A stretch of DNA of 64,000 nt. It comes from Cladosporium halotolerans (taxonomy: Eukaryota). The DNA lies in NCBI RefSeq assembly GCF_011745625.1, contig NW_027191484.1:62001-126000 (forward strand). Reading direction: 5' to 3'. Positions 58,449 through 64,000 of this stretch are shown here, in pieces; position 1 is the stretch's first letter; the number at the start of each line of letters is the position of its first letter. The translations under genes were made by a program, and so were the position numbers. The notes under the pieces are model-generated. The model worked only from the letters and a program-made list of their open reading frames with translations. It ran no database searches and was not told where the DNA came from.

Positions 58449-60421
58449 ATGGATCCAGCGAGTGCAGCCGGTCTGGCATCTTTGGCCTTTGATGGATTTG
58501 ATCGTTCAGTCAAAGGTCAGCAACTCGTGAAGTAATTCAGAGCAACTAAATTGACGGATCTATAGTTCTCAAGTTCTTCTCGTCGATGGTTGACGTGCCG
58601 AAAGATTGCGAACGATGCAAGGTGCAACTCATGATCGAATACAACCGTTTACTGGCCTGGGGAGATGCGGTCGGGCTTATTGATGTGCCAGAAGGATCGC
58701 ACGTCGCATATTGCCTGGGGACGAACGCTATCGAACTCTGCAACATTGTTTCCCGCATAGCTCGGCTTCTGGAAGAATTCAAAGAATTGAACAATCGCTG
58801 GAAAAGTGACTTGAACTCGCGCCAAATGGACAACATGTCACTGCGTGAGGAACATGCGAAGAAGATGGATTTGACCAAACAGGTTTCGAGCTTAGCAGCG
58901 GCTTATGAAGAAAATGAGCAGAAAAGGAAGCATGTGAGGGCCGTTCAGCGCCTGAGTGAGTGGATATCTAGGAAGGCTGATTGCACTAAAGACATCATCA
59001 CCAACCCTTTGCGTGTTCGTTGGGTCATGATTGACAGGGAAGCTTTCGAAGCCTTGTTAGAGGATCTCCACAACTTGACAGAGCGGATACACGAGTTGAT
59101 GGATGATTACCGTGTGAAAACAATCCACGAGACGACCGCCAAGTCTTTTCGAGAGATGGTTATTATGCGGAACGATCTCAAAGAACTCAAAAGCATGCTC
59201 GAAGCGGTGGCAAGCCTTATGAAAGTTTCGAGCACCGACCCCCACGGTGAATTCACTTCCAACGCTGATAACCATGAGACACTCCGGGACCTCCTGCGAT
59301 TGAAGGAGCTCAAGTGTGCATCTAAGGAGATGCTGCTCCATGCCATGACCAGCGCTCGCATAGATATCGACGAATACCTGAAAGGCGTTCTTGCCGTACC
59401 CCGGTACCTGGGGATGCGCCAATTCGAACAACAATTCACCCTTATTGCGGTCGCCGGTGTAAGCAATTCGGTACCAAATCGTCCGAGGGGTGTATTCTCC
59501 AGGGAAGGCATCGATTTTCAGGTCTGGATTGAATGGAGAAAAGCGGAAAAAATGTCTGCTGGATCAGTCGAAGACAATCAATCGGTATTGCGAACGGCAA
59601 CACTTGCACAAATGCTTTCCATCTCTAGACCAAGGCATCTCTATACACCGACTTGTATTGGATATGTCGACAATCGAGAATCACCAGACCGGTTCGGATG
59701 GATCTTTCAGATGCCTCATGGATCCCACAGTGAGACTACGCTGAAAACTCTCCACAATATGCTGGGCCAAAACAGCCACAAACCTACGCTTTCCCAGAGG
59801 ATCGCCATAGCCTGGAAACTCGCTTCGTCCTTGTCATACTTACATACGACTGATTGGATACATAAAGGCGTCCACAGTGGAAATGTTTTATTTCCCTGTG
59901 ACAATAAATCGATAGATACACAGCAACCGGTTCTTTCAGGATTTGAGTATTCAAGGCCCCAAGGCGGCGAAACGACATCTCGCAGCCCCGATCCGAGGTG
60001 GGACATCTACCGGTGGCCAACGGTGCAGAAGGAGGCGCCGAAAGCAGGAAGATCGCGGAAGACTTACGATATTTACAGCTTCGGGCTACTGCTCCTTGAG
60101 ATAGCCCATTGGCAGCCATTGCATAGCCTGTTGTGTTTGAAGAGGTGGCCAGCACCGTCCGCTCAAGACTGTAGGGTTCGGGGTTGGCTCTTGAACGAAG
60201 AGCCATTGCCTCCTTTCAGAGGTGAAAATCCCCTTACCGATCTGCTACATATCGCCGGCGACAAGTACTGGAAGGCTACCAGACGTTGTCTCGTGGCACA
60301 TGGCGAATCAGGCATGGCTGTTGACGAGGACTCAAATCAGTCGGAAGCTTCCAATAGTATACGGCTTCAAGACGCCTTTACCGAGCTTGTTGTCGGTGAG
60401 CTGAAGGGTGTCTCGATCTGA
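58449..60421 (+). CDS. HeLo (prion-inhibition/propagation) domain + pseudokinase protein, 2 exons
   Basis: Exon 1 MDPASAAGLASLAFDGFDRSVK, intron 58516-58565; HeLo hallmarks QLMIEYNRLLAWG and RVRWVMIDREAFEALLEDL; kinase-like half with VWIEWR, WIHKGVHSGN, LSGFEYSR, DIYSFGLLLLEIAHW. Confidence 0.88.
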
Positions 60422-60622
60422 ATTAAATCCAAACATAACCCTGGAAATGTCTCGTGTGAAGTTGGAGATCCAATAGTATGCGAAAAGTATTAATCGCAAG
60501 GCCATTCTAAACTAGATTATGGCATCAGGTTGCAGTTGCCCTCCAAATCGTGGTTTCACTGACAATCAGTCACATATTCGAGTACCGTTTGCCTCAATTT
60601 CTTGCAGTCTCCAGCAACTGAA

Positions 60623-62071
60623 TTAACTGTTATCTTGCTGGCTGGCAGTGCTTCTACTCTCCAACAAACTTTGCAGGTTGCTATATTGCTTCCTCACCAC
60701 GAAGTGAAGCGCTGTCCATCCGTCGAGATCTTCTGTGAGAGCATTGGCTCCACTGTCTAACAAAATTCGAACAACAGTCTCGTAGCCGTGCCCCGCCGCT
60801 CCATGTAATGCTGTTTGGTCGTTCTCGTCTTTGGCGTTGACGTCAGCGGTTTTTTCAAGAAGCTGCTTGACGACATCGTAATGCCCATTGCGCGACGCAC
60901 AGTGGAGTGCGGTTTGCCCTGCTGCGTTCCGGGTGTCAACTGGAGCCCCAGCGTCGAGGAGAGCCTGCACAATAGAACCTTTACCGCGCGCTGCAGCGAA
61001 GTGAATTGCTCCAAGACTTCGTGCTTCTGCTCCCTCTCTCAGGAGGAATTTCACGTCGTCCTCTGAACCCGTTCTGCAGGCGTCATTCAACTTCTCGTTC
61101 TTGGTGCGCGGTATATCCTTCGCGCAGCTGCAGAACAGAGAATGATCTTGCATTGGTAGGGACGACCACGATTGTTCCACATCCTCTGCGCAAGGGCGTG
61201 AGCATCTGTCAAAATCCAGCATTTTACGGCAGGTGACGAGTAGATCATGCTGCCAGCCTTTAGGATGGAGACTCTCTTCTATCCAACAATGAACCTCTCT
61301 GATCTGCTTTGCGTAAGATGAAGTGGAGTTAGGCGAGGGCTTGAGAACATTACTCAAGTCCTTCGACTGGCCCGGGAAGAAGCATGCAACGAACATCTCA
61401 AGGAACACTGCCCCTAGGGACAAAATATCCGCAGAACGACCACGGGTCGCTCCTTGATCGACTTCTGGGGCGCAATACTCTCGAGTCCTAGAGGAATTGC
61501 GAGACTGATAGGTAGTTGGCATTGTTTTCCCGAGACCCATTTGCGAAATGCCAAAATCAGCTAAGAGAATCTTTTCGCCCTTGATCAGTACATTCGACGG
61601 TTTGATATCTCGATGTCGGATGCCCAGAGAATGAATGTAGCGTAGAACACCTATCAGACAACCGAACCACTGTAATGACGGTGCCAATCCAGGCCGGAGA
61701 TAGAAGTGAAGATTAGCCTCTGCGCGGTCCATGACTATGGCAAACTTGTGTTGATCTTGATCCACCATATCAAAGTACGAGTGTATCAATCGAATGACAT
61801 GGTAATGCCGAGCTGAGTGGAGGACTTTGACTTCCTTCTCGATTATTCGTCTCTGATGAAGTTCGGAGATCGGTTCTGTCTCATTATCGAGCATGAGGGT
61901 CTTCCGGACGCACTTGAGACCCTCAAAGCCCCCAGAAACTCCTTTCACTTTCTCAACACCAGTGGCTATCAGTGATGAGTTGCCGTCAGGTGCGAAAGGT
62001 ATTTGGTCATCATCCTGGTAGGTAAATAGCTCGTAGGGTTCAACCTCGGGCCACATGCACGTCGTTTCCAT
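60623..62071 (-). CDS. Ser/Thr protein kinase + C-terminal ankyrin repeats (a further 5' exon 62131-62198 is possible)
   Basis: CVRK, EKEVKVL, IRHRDIKPSN, LADFG, YCAPE, ADILSLG; 4-5 ankyrin repeats (GQTALHCASRNGH, QTALHGAAGHGY, GWTALH). Confidence 0.9.
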   Translation of the reverse strand: METTCMWPEVEPYELFTYQDDDQIPFAPDGNSSLIATGVEKVKGVSGGFEGLKCVRKTLMLDNETEPISELHQRRIIEKEVKVLHSARHYHVIRLIHSYFDMVDQDQHKFAIVMDRAEANLHFYLRPGLAPSLQWFGCLIGVLRYIHSLGIRHRDIKPSNVLIKGEKILLADFGISQMGLGKTMPTTYQSRNSSRTREYCAPEVDQGATRGRSADILSLGAVFLEMFVACFFPGQSKDLSNVLKPSPNSTSSYAKQIREVHCWIEESLHPKGWQHDLLVTCRKMLDFDRCSRPCAEDVEQSWSSLPMQDHSLFCSCAKDIPRTKNEKLNDACRTGSEDDVKFLLREGAEARSLGAIHFAAARGKGSIVQALLDAGAPVDTRNAAGQTALHCASRNGHYDVVKQLLEKTADVNAKDENDQTALHGAAGHGYETVVRILLDSGANALTEDLDGWTALHFVVRKQYSNLQSLLESRSTASQQDNS

Positions 62072-63283
62072 GCTATGGGAGCGTGAGCCAGTCAAATGGC
62101 TCCCGAGTGCTCAGTACAGAACTTGGATACGAATTGAATGGGCCACCGATCACGCCCTGCTGTTTGGAAATGGATGTCAGGGTTGATAAGTTGACCATGG
62201 AGCGGCAAAATCAGCTTGCGGGGGAGTCCGGCGAGGACCAATCACATCCGGCCCAGGCATCCGCGCCATGACTGAATCGCCGGGCATTCCGGATTCGGCA
62301 GCCTGGCAAACACAAACGCCTTCACATCCGCACCAAGTGGACACCCCAATCAGTATTTCGACACCTTCTGGCTTCAGAACCGTCAGTTTCTTCGAGGCCC
62401 GGCCTTGCTAGCCAACCAAGCCGCAGACTTCGAGTGTCGGTCAGGTACCAGGGTAACGTGCACACGACGGACGAAGCCCGTACGAAGAGCGCACGCCTTC
62501 ATGTAGTGTCCGGTGTGAACAGCAGTGGCCCATGCAGTGTAACCGAGTGCGATACAGAATAGCAGGAAATATGATGAGCCACACCGTAGGCCGTTCAAAA
62601 TTTCCGTTCGACGTTGTGTTTATCCATGGATGACACCCAACATTTGGCGCACACCTCGCCGTCCAGTCTTCCGCAACCTTGTCACGTGGAACGATTCAGC
62701 TTGCGCATATTGTCAGCACGCGATGTGCTCCCACCGCCAACGCAACCGCCAACGCCGACCCAACATTGAAGATACAGAACACGAGCAGGAGAAAATAAAT
62801 GCGAGACATAAAGGAACGCGAGAAGATTCCATCGTTCGCACGGGAGATTAGACACAGGCTCAGTAGGTAGGACAAAGCAACACCGAGAAACAACCATCAC
62901 GAGCACCTTCTGGGCTTGTAAAGCCGGGAGCAGCACAAGTAGCACGGCAGTCATTACCCGTCTGCACACAAGTTTGCTAGCCAACGTCAACTTTAGACGG
63001 AAAGAGGTGGACAAGAAGGAGCACAGTTCAAGACGATGTAACACCCCGGGGAAGCAAGGATAATGGCCGCTCTTGAGAGACAGCCTGTGCTGACCTGGGG
63101 ATAACTGGTTTAACGAAATGATCGTGCTGCGTTTTCGCCTGCGGAAACACAGTCAACAACGGCAGCCAGTCCACGTGGGGGCTCAGGATCGCATATTACA
63201 GGATTAGAAAAGTAGGTGAATTTATAGAAGGTGCAAGGATTGTTTTGTGTGAAAATTCTATGCACGATCGGTGTACTCTACTT

Positions 63284-64000
63284 TCAGGATGTGAGCGTGA
63301 AGCCTTTGCCGTACTGGGTCGTAAATTCCGTCTTTGGCCCGTGATTCCGCTGCTCTCCACGAGTGGCGGAAGTGTCACCCTGCTGAGGTGGGATATTCTG
63401 TCCTTGCGTATCGGTAGCTAGGCCGGAAAGGCTTCGAGCTATCTCCTTCAGAGCCTCGTCGCCAACATGCCCTCCGACTTGTCTTGTTCTCCAGCCTAGA
63501 CCTCGGTTTGTACCGTGAATGGTTTTGCCATTTGTGGACACCATGAACTGCACGGCATCACCGATGGCGTAGTTGTCAATGGTGCTCACATTGTCCCTCA
63601 GATGCTCGCTTGCCCGATCACAAATGTCGATACTTTGTCGAGTTGCCTCCCATTCATCTCGTAGCCTTGCAAGGTCCGCACGATCTTCATCCGAAGCAAT
63701 GACTGTCTTGGATCTGTCTATCAAGCTGGCAAAGAGCTTTTCCTCGTATCCCTGAAGTCTTCTGGCTGTATTAGCAAGAGACTCTCTACAGTTTTGCAAA
63801 CCTCCTCTCATGATTTGATCCGGTATGGGGTCAGTGATTGCTGAATCCGTGGACGCAGATGTACGTCTGCTTGTGAGTTCGATCTGCGCAATGTGATCAG
63901 ATAGATCGGCACAGATCTGCAGACACTTTTCAGTGCTCAGCCGCTCCTGCTTTATCATCTCAACTTCTTGTGATTCTCTCTCAGATATCACCACATTCTT
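63284..64000 (-). CDS. 3' part of a helical/coiled-coil protein resembling fungal HeLo-like-N family members, with a beta-repeat C-terminal motif (5' end outside window)
   Basis: Frame open to the window edge; ERLSTEKCLQICADLS.HI, L.DEWEATRQSIDIC, NYAIGDAVQFMVST.GKTIHG.NRGLGWRTRQVGGH, YGKGFTL. Confidence 0.65.
   Translation of the reverse strand, partial: KNVVISERESQEVEMIKQERLSTEKCLQICADLSDHIAQIELTSRRTSASTDSAITDPIPDQIMRGGLQNCRESLANTARRLQGYEEKLFASLIDRSKTVIASDEDRADLARLRDEWEATRQSIDICDRASEHLRDNVSTIDNYAIGDAVQFMVSTNGKTIHGTNRGLGWRTRQVGGHVGDEALKEIARSLSGLATDTQGQNIPPQQGDTSATRGEQRNHGPKTEFTTQYGKGFTLTS

Larger units (their letters stand above)
41637..64000. mobile_element. Putative large insertion in 5S rDNA (Starship-like giant transposon, cargo end; extends beyond window)
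   Basis: Begins exactly where 5S is cut; remainder of 5S not seen in the window; carries accessory-type genes and pseudogenes; no tyrosine recombinase captain visible, so identity is inferred. Confidence 0.55.

Noticed and set aside
37000..64000. RIP-mutated transposon relics
   Set aside because: No strongly AT-rich, TpA-enriched tracts and no RT, integrase or transposase motifs seen by eye.

Overview
Eukaryotic fungal DNA, most consistent with a filamentous ascomycete (probably Dothideomycetes), based on GT-AG introns with CTRAC branch points and the gene set. The window has two compartments. (1) 1-~37 kb is a GC-rich, gene-dense core block: GH28, MFS, FAA1, a small Cys-rich secreted protein, MOSC, RAD55-like, DDI1, GNAT, queuine TGT, R3H-associated protein, ORC4, amidase, class II aldolase, GH71, ALG7, SEH1 and CE16. 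(2) ~37-64 kb is an accessory-looking block, lower in GC by eye and rich in pseudogenes. At 41596-41636 a 5S rRNA gene with its -30 TATA box stops abruptly after nt 41, which is what a 5S-targeting giant element (Starship-like) boundary would look like; no captain recombinase is visible in the window. Right of that break lie a cluster of miniature Zn2Cys6 proteins, a decayed NACHT gene, an ankyrin ORF, a standalone SsdA/DYW-like deaminase, a kinase and a tiny His-motif protein. The window ends with a candidate necroptosis-like triad: a HeLo-pseudokinase with MLKL-like HKG/GFE motifs, an apparently active kinase-ankyrin protein, and a helical protein carrying an amyloid-like double repeat. All family calls come from motif recognition by eye; no searches were run.
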